From: Adineta vaga
Taxonomy: Eukaryota; Animalia; Rotifera
Reading direction: 5' to 3'
DNA: 64,000 bases
Assembly: GCA_021613535.1 (NCBI GenBank)
Contig: CP075494.1
Span: 11,098,001-11,162,000, forward strand
The translations under genes were made by a program, and so were the position numbers. Numbering within the stretch: the stretch's first letter is position 1; the number at the start of each line of letters is the position of its first letter. Positions 1-14,201 of this stretch are shown piece by piece. The notes under the pieces were generated by a model. It made no database searches and was not told where the DNA came from. It saw only the letters and a list, made by a program, of their open reading frames with translations.

Positions 1-406
1 TATTCATCGTCTTGTACCGATTGTTATGGGAGCACCCGAAAATAATTATAAACGAATTGCACCCAATCAATCTTATATTCACGTAGATAAATTTCCAACA
101 CCGAAAGATCTTGCCGTATATTTACATTACCTTATTAATCATCCGGAAAAATATCTTGAATATCTTAAATGGCGAGAATCTTATGTGATTGATCGAAAGA
201 ATTCACAAGGATGGAACAATATGTTATGCCCTCTTTGTCAAATGGCATATGAACGTCAAATCGATTCGAAAACTCGAATAAATTTTTCAACATGGTATGA
301 ACCAAAACTTGAATGTCATTCGGATGATGTTCAAGTATTCAAACAGTGTAAACAAGTTAATTTAAGAGACTGGATGGCTTGGATATATGGTAGAAAGTGT
401 CCGTGA
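1..406 (+). CDS. Alpha-1,3-fucosyltransferase (GT10 family), 3' part; gene begins before the window
   Basis: Open frame from the window edge: VPIVMGAPENNY..IAPNQSYIHVDKFPTPKDLAVYLHYL...YLEYLKWR...LCPLC, matching the GT10 C-terminal pattern (VPIV.G, S(F/Y)IHV.DF....LA.YL..L, Y..Y..WR, C.LC). Confidence 0.85.
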   Translation, partial: IHRLVPIVMGAPENNYKRIAPNQSYIHVDKFPTPKDLAVYLHYLINHPEKYLEYLKWRESYVIDRKNSQGWNNMLCPLCQMAYERQIDSKTRINFSTWYEPKLECHSDDVQVFKQCKQVNLRDWMAWIYGRKCP

Positions 407-595
407 ATAAATTTTTTTTTAATGATTTTTTCTTGAAAAGAATAAGTCGTACATATGTGGCTTTACTGTGTATTATATAATTTTGTTTTATATGAAATAA
501 ATATTTGAAAAGAAGATCAAAGAATATTTTCAGTGAATGAACTTTATTTCTTCTTTGTATAAAAGATATTTGAAATGTTATAGTGGAAAACTTGA

Positions 596-1030
596 TCATA
601 ATGAAATATGCGGATCATCTACTACAATTGGTTTCAAATCAGGAGAAATAAAGGAACGTTTTGCATCAGTTGAAAACATTAAGCCTGGTGAATAATATTC
701 TTTCCATAAAGACGAATTCAGTAGATTGGAATTTTGAACAAGAAAAATATTCGAATCTGATACAGATGAATCACATTTTTGTGTTGCATTCCAAACTAAT
801 GTTGTCCATAATTGAGTCATAGTTTCATGAAAACCGACAGTTAATTTCGATGCATGAATTCCATTAAAATGTTGTATACCTTGACGAATTTTTGCTAAAG
901 CTTCATCAAAATTTCTTGATGATTTACATACTAAATATGCCATACGAATATGAGCTGCATGTGTCCATTGTTCAAATGGTAAAACACCAGTTTGAAAATC
1001 ATCTAAAAACTGTATATCAGCATCCATCAT
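596..1030 (-). CDS. Uncharacterised 144-aa protein, intronless CDS, resembling a bacterial/fungal hypothetical family
   Basis: Clean ORF with motifs W-T-H-x-x-H-I-R-M-A-Y, F-H-E-T-M-T-x-x-W and Y-Y-S-x-x-L-x-x-x-x-A-K-x-x-F-x-x-P-D-L-K-P. Family assignment is from memory, not searched. Confidence 0.7.
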   Translation of the reverse strand: MMDADIQFLDDFQTGVLPFEQWTHAAHIRMAYLVCKSSRNFDEALAKIRQGIQHFNGIHASKLTVGFHETMTQLWTTLVWNATQKCDSSVSDSNIFLVQNSNLLNSSLWKEYYSPGLMFSTDAKRSFISPDLKPIVVDDPHISL

Positions 1031-1729
1031 TCAATTCTCTAGATACAAAAATAAAACATCAATAATTTACTTATCTTTCGTACAAAACATTTCATAATGA
1101 TAATAGTAGATAAAAATTTGAAGATTGCGTTATTTAACCGCTAAATGACACAGCAATCTTTTCAAAATTTCTTCTTATCGTAAAACTTCCAAAACAAACT
1201 ATAACACCTTTACGGTTTCTAATTAAATCGTATTCGTCGATCTTTTTTCTTATTTGAATTTGTTAATATTATGTTCGTCTATTTCTAGCTCAATTTGTTA
1301 TCATGACATTATATTGAAAGAAAAGAAAAGAAAAATCTGTTGTTAATGTAAATGAAAACTATTTCGAACATTTATTTCAAATAGAATGTGATTTTAAGGA
1401 GTAAAATAATACATATGAATGACAAAGAGAAAGATAAGTGTGTGTAAAATTGACTATATTTCTTTCCCTTTCTTGGCACTTAGCAGCTAATTCCATTCAC
1501 TAAAGTAGGGTCGATATATCAATAGATAGATTTGTTTGGGTTTTTTTTTCTTTTTTTCATATTTTTCAATAAATAAAATCAACCATATACAATACGTTCA
1601 TGTTTATCACATACAAAATGATCTTGATAATAACTGTTCGAATAGTCGAAACGTTGAATAAAAGGTTTTAATTTATCTATTTAAAACTCATATATCTCCT
1701 CAAAGCCGTTGTTGTCGAGCTGATTTTAT

Positions 1730-2863
1730 TTAAATCTTTGTTCTTGAATCAATTATTCCATTTCCATTCTTTTCATTATGAAAAATTTTCATGAGATCTT
1801 GAATGATACTTTCCAAATAACTATTTCCACCCAGTACATCAATTTCATCATAAATTTGTTTGGCTAAATCATCACAAACTTGTCGTGTATAGTCGAGTGA
1901 ACCAAATTCATGTAATAATCGTACACAATAACGTTTTAATTCCACATCTTCTGTACGTTGTTTAAGTATATGAATAATTCGCGTATCTGTTTCACGTGTA
2001 TTTATAGCATGTAAAATTGGAAATGAAAATTTTCCTTCAGTTAAATCTTCACAATAAGATTTATTATTTGCATATTCTTTTGAGATTAAATTACAATAAT
2101 CATCACGTATTTGAAATAATAATGATAATAATTGACATAATTTATTGAAATTATATGTATGACGTATTTCTATTGGTGCAAATAATTGCATTAGACGAAC
2201 ACCTAAATTAAATAGGCCACCACATTTTTTTATAACCATTTGTCGATATTCATCTTCCGATGGAGAAACAAAATTATCACGCCACCATATTTCCATTCCT
2301 TGTCCATGATGTAATTCTAACATTTGATCTAAAGAATGAAAGTAAATAGTTTTTTGAGGAATAAAATCTAAATTTGAAAAGACAAACCGACAAAAATTTG
2401 TGTCACATCAGTATGTTGTAAAGTGAAAGCTTTTTGCATAGCTAAGAAGTAGATGTAATTTGCAGCATTAATTGTTAATGGAATGCCATAGATGTTATGA
2501 GCAACGGGTACACCTCGACGTAATTTGGAATTATCTTGAATATCATCGATAAGTAATGAAGCATTATGAAGCATTTCAACGAGATCTTCGATGACAGTGA
2601 GTTTATCATCAGGTATATTCAACCAAAGATTGAATGCCTAGAAAAAAAGAGAGAGACGTAAAAAATAAAGTCGATCGAAGAATTGATGATTTTACTTTGA
2701 TTAATTTTGGTCGAATTTGTTTCCCAGGTATGGTGCGTATGTATTCATAAGGTTCAAGAAGAATCTTAAATAAAAATTTCAAAGAAAAATATGAAAGTGA
2801 TATGAAAATAATTACTTTATTTTCTGCATCAGGATCTGCAGTTACTTGTTTATCATTTTCCAT
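1730..2863 (-). CDS. GGPS1: Geranylgeranyl pyrophosphate synthase (4 exons)
   Basis: [85 protein letters not shown]; GT-AG introns join the ORF pieces. Confidence 0.95.
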
Positions 2864-3710
2864 GTTTAACTAGTAATATCTAGAAAATATGAAGTACTTC
2901 GTATATTCTGTAGTAGTAAAAGAAACAAGATAGTAGGATATTCAAAATAAATGCTAAATAGTAATACATATCATTGACAATGAAAGATGAAAGACAACAA
3001 CATATGGACATAATATTTCTGTTTCGAACAATGGCATGTAACTGTACACAAAAAAACAAAAAGTAATAGAGATGATTTGTTTGCTTTTCTCTCGATAATA
3101 AGCTTAGAAAAAAAGGAAAAGAACGGACGAGGTTCGTTTGTCAGAATGGATCTAAACTTGTCTTTCTACTGAGACATCACGTTTGCTATCATATGATCAA
3201 ATCTTTCTAGAAAGACTAGTAATTAAATAATTGATCGATCGAACGTGGAGATAATTATGCTTATGATTGTCTTCGAAAGATCACTTAAAGACGAAGGAGA
3301 AGTGCATGAATATATATTTCTTTCACAATGTCCTATAGACAAGAGGAATGGAAATGGGACGATTTGTTCGTAGAATTGTATCATTTGATAATGAATGAGT
3401 ATCTCGCAAGACAGAGAACAAGTTAATGACACTACCACCATATAAGAACGAAAGAAAGAAGGACAAACGATGTTCTAACTTCATTACTGTCTATCATGGC
3501 CATTATGCACTAGTGGGTTATTCATCGATCAGGGTCATACATACAAATTTCATGGTCAGTATGTATATATATATGTAATATTGAACATGTGTTTTTTACA
3601 AAACGTTTCCTATCTTATTCAAAACTAAAAACAAGCAAAAACGAAACAGATGAAATACACTCACAACAAAGAAAACTTTCTATGGCTGGTATAATTACTA
3701 TATCATATTT

Positions 3711-6036
3711 TTAACTAGATATTTGTTCAGTATCTAGTTTAATATATGAAGAATGAAATGGATTTTTCGTTGATTGAAGTAATTCTTCACTAAATGTTGG
3801 TGGCATTTCATTAGCACCAACTAATCTATCACGTGTTAAATAGTATGCAGTCAAACGAGTACGTGCATATTCCTAGAAAATGATATGAAAAATTCATTTT
3901 TGACCTTTTATTATTCATACCATATAACCAAATTTGATTGCAGTTGATGTTGCCATATGAATAGCCCATAATGTCCAGAAAAAATGTGAAGCTAATGTAT
4001 AATAATTTGCTTCTTTCATTATTTCATTAATTAATTCATCTCGATTGGAATTTTTCGATGAATCATTTGTACAAGGAACAGATTGATCTTGTGAAGCAAG
4101 TATTGCATCAACATATGCAGAAAGAAAATTGTGCTAAATAAAAAGAATATTTCATTGTAGAAGTTTTCAAGGTTAAACGATAATTTGAACTCAGCGGGAT
4201 GTTCACATATATTCGAATAACTTTAATAATAGTACCGATTACTTCATCGAAATTATATGCTTTTCAATTAATTTAGTTATTCGAAGGTCAATCGCACGGA
4301 TAAGAAGGCAAATCTTACTTGTTGTTCTTTATTTGGATAATGAGAAAAGTTAACTTTAAAATGAGGCCATTCTTTTGATGATATATAATCAAACATGAAT
4401 TCACAAAAATGATTTCCAATATCATATCCACTAGTAGAGAGAGAGAGAAAGAGATTTTTGTTGATTCTATTTCTAATCCAATGTTATTTTACCGATAATT
4501 ATAGGAACAATATTCAAAATCGATAACAGTGAAATTATTCAGATCAGATTTTAATCGAAGAATATTTCCTGCTTGAAAATCATTATGACATAATCGAATG
4601 GGACTATCAATTGTTGCTAAGATTTTCCTGAGAAAAAAATAAAAAGAGATGAAAAATGAAAGAATAGATCAAATTTACTTTAATTCTTCAAATTCTTCAG
4701 CAAATTTACATACAGATTGAAGTTCTTGATAGATGTGACGATCTTCTTCGATTTCAAATTTATGTAAATCTGTTGGTAAACTTGAAAGATATCTAAAAGA
4801 ATATCATTGTGAGAAAAAACAACAACGAATATATCGAAAACAAACTGTTCAATTGTATGATATAACCAAGTTGGTTCTTTAACTAATGGCATATCAAGTT
4901 GATGAAGGTCACCAAGTAATCGACCAGCTTTTTGTGAGATTTCTCGATCACGAACTTCTGCGACAAGTAATGCTTCAGCCTAAATTTAAAGCTTTTATAC
5001 GATAAAATGCTCTAAATAAACTAGCCGACTCTAGATTATGATTTAAGATTAGAACGATCGTCGATATTCATTATCAAAACAAATCGAATCACGTCAAAAC
5101 GATTTGACCTTTTCGTTTTTCTAGGACACGATGTCTTGACAGTAATCGATATTCATTGATTTTTTTCGACAGGTCGAATGTCATTCGAAACATCGCATGT
5201 TTACGATATTTAATAAATAAATAAGTAGATAAAATTCCAAAGTATCATATCACTTACATCAACAAATTCTTCTAATCGTCCTTCAGGAAATATTCCATGT
5301 ACATGAGGTCCAATTTTTCTATCTGATAATAATGTACACACGACACTATCGATCAAAAGAGTACCACGATGTTTTTGATGTGCTTCACCATAAATTCTTG
5401 AAATTTTATTAATAATCATCGAAGAATTCTTTGTCAGAAATCAATTACCTCAATAATACTTTTCGTGGTTCAGAATTTTGAGATTCTACATCATCAGGTA
5501 ACGAACAACAATAAAGATAATTCGATAGACCACCACTAAATATCATTAGAAACAAATTCATTGTATAGCAAGAGGAAGTTAAATATACATACGAAATTCG
5601 TTCTAAATGCATTTGATCGACCGTAATTGATGACCAAGCACCACATAGAAAATTCTGACACCATTCAAGTGCTTGTTCAGGTGTTACTATTTCTAGTGGC
5701 ATTGGAGATTTACGCATCAATAATCTATTCAAATATCGAAATCCTTCGAATATGATGACATTTTCTTTAGAAAATAAACTATTCTAGACAAAGACCTTAA
5801 GAAATCTATTTTCATTAGTCGTCTCATTCTCCACGAAGATAAACATCATCAATCAAATGATTCTTTTCTCCTTGTAAATAATCGATGATATTTCTATAGA
5901 TCTAAACCTTGAAGAAACTTATCTATATCATTTGATATTCATATTCAAAGATAAATCATACATTTCAACGTTCTTACCTTTTGACTGGATCAGCCATTTT
6001 ATGAATTGAACTTCGGATTTTATCAGTTAATGACAT
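3711..6036 (-). CDS. Choline/ethanolamine kinase (multi-exon)
   Basis: WCQNFLCGAW, SGGLSNYLY, EPRKVLLRIYG, GPHVHGIFPEGRLEEF, Brenner motif [48 protein letters not shown]; ATG at 6036, TAA at 3711. Confidence 0.9.
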
Positions 6037-6336
6037 AATACAATAGATAATACAGATCTATAGAAAAATATATGAATAAATAAATATTCTATTCACTCAA
6101 GTACAATAAACAATTCATTTTTACGAAGCTTGACTTTCAAGAAAGAGAAAAACCATTGTATGATTTCTATTTCATAACGAGAATATTAATCTAATATTTC
6201 CCAGTAAAATAAGCGAAGAATTCTGACTAAAATATAATGCATATTTCAATGAATCACTCTGCCACCTGCATCGTGTCCGTTATGACTCATCTTTTCGTTT
6301 TTTCTTTTCCTATTTATCATTCCATTCATAAAGGAC

Positions 6337-6349
6337 GTTGCTAAGTAAC
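6337..6349. promoter_or_regulatory. RFX X-box (GTTGCT-A-AGTAAC) upstream of IFT52
   Basis: Matches the RYYNYY-N(1-3)-RRNRAC consensus ~86 nt upstream of the ATG of a ciliary IFT gene. Confidence 0.7.
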
Positions 6350-6434
6350 ATTTAATGAATCAACATGGTTGAGATATGGAAGTTATACATTCACATCCTG
6401 TAATCAATTTACGTTAAACAACAAGAACAACAAA

Positions 6435-8478
6435 ATGTCTCCGACAGAAGTACAGATAAATTTCATCAATAGACTTGAAAATACATCGTTTTGCTTTCGA
6501 AATTTTAGAATGGTGATGAAAGAGGAAAACAAGCAAATAATGGTAATAATAATATACTTTTTGATCAATCAAAAAATGAACAAATATCCTTAACAAGTGG
6601 CTTTAAAAAGTTACAAATGCATTTAAAAAATTGGAAATTATCAAAGTAATTCATTAGATTGATTGATTTTTATTTCGTTTCATTTATTTCATTTCATAGT
6701 CATCGAGAAGAAATCACTGCCGAACGTTTAACACCATTTCGTGTATTTATGATTGCTAATCCGAGGGAAAAATTTACACCACAAGAAGTAAATTATTCAA
6801 TTTTAGAAATAAATAAAACATACTTTTCTCATATTAGTATGATTCAATGAAACGATATGTTGACAATGGCGGAAGTATATTACTAACATTAAATGAAGGT
6901 GGAGAATCTCGACAGAATACAAATGTGAATACATTTCTAAAAACTTATGGAATTGAAGTGAATGATGGTAATTCGTTTTTCATTTTCTTTCAATATTGAT
7001 TCATCTCAACTTCTAGATAGTGTTATTCGTGCTGCCTATTATAAATATTTTTATCCAAAAGAAGCTTTAGTTCTTGATGGTGTATTGAATCGAGCTGTAG
7101 CAGAAAATGCACATTTAATTGCTGCAGCTGCACCACCATCAAAAAATAAAAAGAGTCAAAATGCAGTTGTCGTTGATAAATCATTACGTGCTCAAGTTGC
7201 ACGGTAAGTTGTTACATTAGATCTACAAAACATTAATCGTTGTTATTTTGTAGTTCATTGGAATTTGTTTATCCATTTGGTGCATCCTTGAATGTTCAAC
7301 CACCATCTGTACCTGTTCTATCAACTGGTACAACATGTTTACCAACACAAAGAGCTATTTGTGCTTTTTATACGTCACCATCAAAAGTTTGTTAATGAAA
7401 AGGAAATTGTTGAGAAAAGTTTTTCTTTTTATTGTTAGAATGGAGGTCGATTATGTGTATGTGGTTCGACAATGATATTTCATGATAATTATTTGGAAAA
7501 AGAACAAAATCGACGATTATTAGTAAGTTATTTGATTTAGAATTTTTGGAAAAGAAAATGAATTTTTGAAATATTTTTAAAAGGATGTTGTGATAGAATT
7601 TCTAACAAATCAATCATTTCGTTTGAATGAAATCGATGCTGAAGTACCTGATGTAAGTATTAGAACTAATTTCCTATAACATTCATTCTGGACGATCTAA
7701 CATGCAAGTAGGATAAATATAATCATTTTCTGTACTTTCTATTCAATAGATATCGGATGAAATGTTATCACCAGATTTAATCGCAATGTCTGAAATGTTA
7801 AAATGTAGTTTACATGATGTGGAAGAATTACCTAAAGATGTCCGAAAATTACTCGATACTCAATTGTATAATTTAGATTTAACACTTATACCAAAAATGA
7901 TTCGGTAAGAAAAAAAGTCAATAGGAGTAACATGAACTGTGTCTGTTGTCTAATCAATCTTCTAGTGCTTATGAAGAATTGCAAATGAAACATGAACCAT
8001 TAACATTAATCAAACCTCAATTTGAAGTTCCAATGCCACCATTAAAACCAGCTGTTTATCCACCAATATTTCGTGATTGTGAACCACCATCATTGGAATT
8101 ATTTGATCTTGAAGATTATTTTGCTTCGGAAACATCACGTTTAAATCAATTAACAAATAAATGTTCAGAACAAGATCTAGATCTATTTATTAAAGAATTC
8201 GGTAGTATTGCTGGTATATCAAGTCGTATGCCAGCAGATCAACGTGGTGCAAAACAAATTCTTGAATTTGTTGTTACACAATTATTTGAATTTAAACGAA
8301 CATTTCAACCAGGAGTAAGACGATGTTCGGAGAAAAACAAACAGAATAATCGGAGAATTTTCTTATTTAGATGGATGATGATTATTTGGGTGGTCATAGT
8401 TCATTTAATCCAGGTCGATATACATTCGGAATGGGAGGTGACACAGCTTCGAATTTTGATCGTCTTATTGTCGATTGA
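6435..8478 (+). CDS. IFT52: Intraflagellar transport protein 52 (OSM-6 homologue), multi-exon
   Basis: ILFDQSKNE, PREKFT, GGSILLTLNEGGE, YYKYFYPKEALVLDGVLNRAV, FVYPFGASLNV, KHEPLTLIKPQFEVPMPPLKPAVYPPIFR, LELFDLEDYFASE..RLNQLTNKC. Confidence 0.93.
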
Positions 8479-9506
8479 TGATTATCGTATTCGTTTTCAT
8501 GTATTTAAAAAATAAAATGAAAAATTTTCGTTTTTATTCTTCATGCTATGCTCAATTTTATATTCTCTCGCTTGAATAATTAATTCCAATTTAAGCTCTA
8601 AATAAGCCAAAGAGAAAGAACACGATGAAAATTTTTTATATGTATTTATTGTGAATGAAAGTTAGATCATATATTGTATGACAAAATTATACGAATTAAT
8701 GATATCCTTTCTTCGTAAATTCGATCTGCATCTTTGTTCACAATTATTTTGATTGCATTTATCAGTAATACTAATAACGTTGAATATATACGTGTAATAT
8801 GCTAATTTATCTATTAATAATCTGTCTAGAAATATCATCATTCAATAGACTCGGTATGATAGATTGAAAGTCAATTAATTTCTAAAATCCATATATATTG
8901 CGAGAAAAATTTTCTCTCTTCAATGAAAGTAGATAGACTATTTGAATTATATTCTATCTCCTATTCATTTACAAATTAACTTCATTCTTTGGTTTTCTTT
9001 CACTTCATAAGAAAATATCAAATTAAGCACGATTGATTACTAAATTTAGTTAGTTTATATTCGTTTTCTGTAAAAGAATATATATGTGACATGTTGCTCT
9101 TTTATATTCTTCAATGGTATTATTTGAAAGAAGGGATTAGAGTTTTAGAAATTCTGTTTTAATTAAAACTATTACGCCGTTCCTCATATTCGCGTATGTC
9201 ACTATAATCAATATGTTTTTCTCTTACTATTAAAAACCAGCGTGTCGAGAAACTAGTACATTCTTGCCTACAATTTTGATTTGTTTTGAATACTAAGACT
9301 ATTAAATTTGATTTCATGAGTTTATGTTTGCATATTCTGTAATACTTTAAGTTTTTGATAAAAGTCATATGTAAATCATCAAAATATGTTTTATATCAAG
9401 TAATAATGTAGATTGAATTGACATTATTTATGCAAGAAAGATTTATAAATTGTATGTGAGAATGAAATAGATTTAGTTTTAGTTCATATATAATATGTAT
9501 GAAGAA

Positions 9507-9980
9507 CTAAAGCGGACGATATTCGCCAATAAAAGCATTACAATTGGGACAATAATGTTGAATATTTTGTAAATCTGATATACAAAATGGAATAAGACAA
9601 CAACCGAGCCAACAACCAAATATAACCAAAAAAAGACATAAAAGCCATGCTAATAATCCACTTGACTGTTCAACACGCGTAATAATTAATGAGTGACAGT
9701 TTGGGCAAGAACATTGAACAGGATTTTTAGCAAATGCTGTTAAAGGAACACCTTGCACTGCATAAGCAATCGGAGCAGCGTGTTGTTTCGGAGCAGCTGC
9801 AGTGTAATCTTGTGTTGGTACAGCATATGTAGCTGCTCTTTCACCAGGAACATAATAAACAGATTTATCTACTACTTCCACTAAACAACAGCAAAAGTCA
9901 TCGTTTTTGTTTTATTAATACAAATATAACTACTTACTATATGGTGGTGGAGGTGGAGCTGATTCAAAATTTTCATCCAT
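9507..9980 (-). CDS. LITAF-domain protein (2 exons)
   Basis: N-terminal PPPPY motif; CxCPNC - hydrophobic segment - GCCLIPFC - HYCPNC; intron ~9882-9937. Confidence 0.92.
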
Positions 9981-11439
9981 TTTTTGTTTATTTCAAATTT
10001 TATAAGAATCTAAAATAGTAGAGAACACATACGTAGATAGAATATATTAATAGAGAAAAAGCAAACGCATAATGAATCAGAAAAATATATGCAGTGATTT
10101 TCAACGCTTTACAAAAAACTCAATCGAGTAAATGGTATTCAAAATGAAGAACAAAAGAAATGCTTTAGATTCCAGTGAAGAAAAATGGATGAAACTCACT
10201 AAACTAAACTAATATATGCATACTGTATGGGATCGGATTAATTCTTGTCAACAACCAATTTGACGATGATTAATGTACTTTGAGAAATAGTATAAGATTC
10301 GTAAGTTGATATATGAGTTGAAATAATACGAAATTATATTCTGTCGATTTTTTTATTATTCTATAAAATAATATCAAATGTTTTATGAGCCTCTTACTTT
10401 GTTTTCACTTGATGAAGACTATTAGCGATATATAGTAATGACATTTATAAATGACTATTGATCTCTTCTGCTGAGTTCCTACGCTAGCACTTCCTATTTT
10501 CACAATTATACTGTGAGCTCCTCTTAGTTTTCTTGTTCGACGGAACATATCGACTGAGCGTAAAGAATTTTTTTTCTTTCTTCGTCTTTTTGCATAAGAG
10601 AAAACGAATAGTTTGTTTTTCTCTTCCTTCATTCTCCTGCTATGGTATGTCTCGTATTTCTTCGTATAAGTGCCTAAGAAGAAAAGATTGATCAACAATA
10701 CTGCACACTACTGACATCTTTATTGAAAAATAAATTTGCAATATTATTCTTTTCATTGTTCTTCTAGTTTATCTAATTTTTTTATTCATTTTCAAACAGA
10801 TTTCCTTCAATATTAATGTAAATTCATAATTGTTCTTTTTTCCTCTATTCGGAACATTACTAATGGTTGTTGTGCGATTATAAAACAAGACTACTCATTG
10901 TATTTATAGTCGTCATTATAACACGTAAGATATATACCTACGAACGAAGGGCAATAAACGACCTTCACATTATATTTAGATCTTCTATAAAAGAGTAGAC
11001 TATTCATTTAGTTTTCTTTTGTTTTTATTTAATTGAAAGAGCGGCAGGGTTGTTAAGACTGAATTTTCTTTTCACATATCTTCATTTTCTTTTTCTATTT
11101 TTCATCATTACATAATACTGATGCAATTTTTTTCCATGTACGTCATATGATGTTTACGCCTACCTTGTTTTTCTCTTATAAGTATATCCACCTTACATCA
11201 GCTATTTTATTTTTCAGATATTTGACTTTTTCATCTTATACGTGCAAAGCAGTTAACAACTGAACGCCATTTGAAAGTTTAGTTTCTTTATGAAGTTGTC
11301 GATACGAAGTAAGACTTTCATTATTAATAAAATGAAATTTCGAAAACTTTTGATTTTCATATTAGATATACAACCAGTTGCCCACGGCCAAATTAGTCAT
11401 TATAGACGCACAGGACAACCCAACGTTGTTCAAAATTCT

Positions 11440-11619
11440 ATGTTGAATGCTTCATGCCCATCTGGCAACTATTCGACAATATCGTCTTTCGCTAGACAGA
11501 AACGCTCAAGTTCATCACGATACAAAAAATATCGCCAAAATCTAGTATTCCTACATCCCTTTCAAAACTATTCTTCACAAATCAATATATCAAATAATTC
11601 TATACAATCATGGCTATGA
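11440..11619 (+). promoter_or_regulatory. Poor-context upstream AUG cluster and overlapping uORF in the eIF5 leader
   Basis: ATGs at 11440, 11447 and 11454, all with T at -3. The first opens a 59-codon out-of-frame ORF ending at 11619, past the strong-context main ATG (atcATGg, 11610). Confidence 0.65.
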
Positions 11620-13401
11620 TCAATGTTAACCGACAAACAAATGATATGTTCTATCGCTATAAGATGCCCAAACTTATAGCGAAAGTTGAAGGCACAGGAA
11701 ATGGTATCAAAACTGTTGTAGTCAATGCCACTGCAATTGCTAAAGCTCTGAATCGTCCAACTACTTGTAAGACTTTTGTTTTCAATGCGACAGTTAAAAA
11801 ATAATTATTCTTTTCCCCATATAATTAGATGTAACCAAGTTCTTTGGGTGTGAACTTGGTGCACAAGTACAAATGAATGCAAAAGAAGATCGATATATTG
11901 TTAATGGATCACATGATTGTGAAAAACTACAAAATCTACTTGATGGTTTCATCAAACGATTTGTTCTTTGTCCAAACTGTGACAATCCAGAAACAAATCT
12001 AGTATGTCCTACTACAGTCAATTGCTTCTTTAATCATTTCTTTCACCCATGTTTAGAGTTTTCGGAAACGAAATGGCGGTGAAATTCATCAAGTCTGTGC
12101 TGCATGTGGTTATCAGGGCACTATCAACATGGCATCACACAAACTTACCACATACATCGCTAAAAATCCACCAGATGCTGTAAGTTCATCATCATCATGT
12201 TCTATGCATGCACATCAACTATAACTATTCTCTCTCATTGTTACATAGGAAAGCAAAACCGAACCACCAGCTGACACAAAAGTCAAAGGCAAATCAAAAG
12301 GAAGCAAGAAAAATGCACAATCATCTGGTACAAATCGAGATTCTGATGAAAGTAGTCCCAATGAACATACCACTAAAACAGTAAGATCACCTTCACTTCT
12401 TCTTCTCCTCATCCACTCATCTCCTCATCTCCTCATCTAGAATGGCACATCGAAAAATACTGCTGGCGACGAAGATGATGACGATGAAGACTGGGGTGAT
12501 GATTTAACACCAACTGTTGATCAACTCACCACTCAAATCAAAGGCATGATACAAACAAATGATCTCGACAAACCACTTGCGGAACGTTGTGATCAGTTCA
12601 ATCGTCTCGTAGAAGTATGACACCTCACTTTCTCTCGTCTATCTACATTCTCTCGTTCTACATTTATTCATAGACAAAGAAGAAAGAACAACAACTGAAC
12701 AACCTTCACGCAGTCAAAGATCTTGTTGCCGAAGCTGAACGACTCGAAATCATGGAACAAGCACCATTTGTTGTTGCACAATGTGTTTTCACTGACACCA
12801 TCATCAAAGAAATCGATGAATACAAACTACTTCTCACCAATGTAAGTCATGTTCTCTTTCCTATGATGTGTCTATTGATTCTTCTTCTAATAGTTGTGTG
12901 CCAGAAATACGAAAGGACAAAAGTATCTGTTGCATGCAATCGAAGCATTGATTGGAGATCGTGAAGATATTCGTGCAAAGATCTACAATAAGAAGACGAT
13001 GTCAAAGATCTTGTTGAAATTTTACGATGAAGATATCGTTGAAGAAGAAACATTCTATCGATGGCACGAAAAAGCATCGAAACGATATGCAGATAAGACG
13101 ATAGCAAAAGGCATTCGTGAGATGGCAAGTGAATTTATTCAATGGTTGAAAACAGCGGAAGAATCAAGTGATGATGATGATGATAATAATGGCGAAGAAC
13201 ATGAACCAGAGGTAAGAGCAAGACTATTTGATGATGAAATGGAGAGAGAGAGAGAAATGATTTGCTTTCGTTATTGTTTAGATTGATTTTACACATAAAG
13301 CTGGAAGTGGTATTGAAGTGACCGTAGAATCAGTGAACAAAGAAGCACCTGAAGAGAAGATTGAACACAACGGAGAAGTCATTGATATCGACAATATCTA
13401 A
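11610..13401 (+). CDS. EIF5: Eukaryotic translation initiation factor 5, copy 1
   Basis: NVNR...[35 protein letters not shown], zinc ribbon CPNC...CAACG, W2 acidic/aromatic boxes [18 protein letters not shown]-like, C-terminal IDIDNI*. Confidence 0.96.
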
Positions 13402-14201
13402 AAATTTATCTTTTTCCTTTCCTTTTTTGGCTGATTAGTCGCTTATTGTATCGCTTTGTTTAATTTGTCATTTTTGTTCATTTTTCTTAGCTTCATTTAT
13501 TCTTTTCCCCTATTATCTCTATCACTATTATTGTCTATTCATTATACTCCACTCTATCCTTTTCTCACTGTTGGAAACAGATTATTTATTCATGAAAATA
13601 AACGCAAGAACCCATTTTATATGGGATTCTACCAAAATACATAGAAGTTGTTGTAGTGGACTTCGTCCATTGGTGTTCGGTACTATTATATTTGGAAGCT
13701 AGCAATAAAAAAATTATCGAATTTGTAATAATTGTTCGGAATAATCACAGATCATGCTACTAACAAGTTTATGATTTCAATTATTATGAGAAACAGTTTA
13801 ATTACAGAGATTCACTATCGTTGAGGAAGGTTATAATTTTAATAATTGACTTTCTCAGTTATTCCATCAAACTTGATGAAAATGCTATGAAATTATTATA
13901 TGCATTATGTAGATCCTTTTGGCACAGTGAAAATACTTTCATTATATATTTCATTAGAAACATGAATCGTTATTTATATTAGAGTTATGTGAAGATAATA
14001 GAAAAACAGCAGTTGTCTTCTTCGATGCAGATATCGAAAGAAAATATGAAAACTTAGAATTACTACCATATTCGAACACTTTTTTGATTGAAATGAACAC
14101 ATATTTTATCATGATCAAAAGGAAATATTGATTTATTTATTTACCATGAATACAGACAAAACAGATTCTTCAAAAATTCTAATACAACAGCAAAGTCTTT
14201 C

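Noticed and set aside
10405-10698. 97-aa minus-strand ORF and similar short ORFs (e.g. 22617-22889, 27457-27853, 56710-57060, 61219-61491)
   Set aside because: Compositionally biased translations of AT-rich intergenic or UTR sequence, or antisense shadows of real exons, with no recognisable motifs.
11145-11265. Possible C/D-box snoRNA in the eIF5 leader (ATGATG...CTGA)
   Set aside because: No convincing terminal stem or recognisable rRNA guide; the boxes are short and expected by chance.
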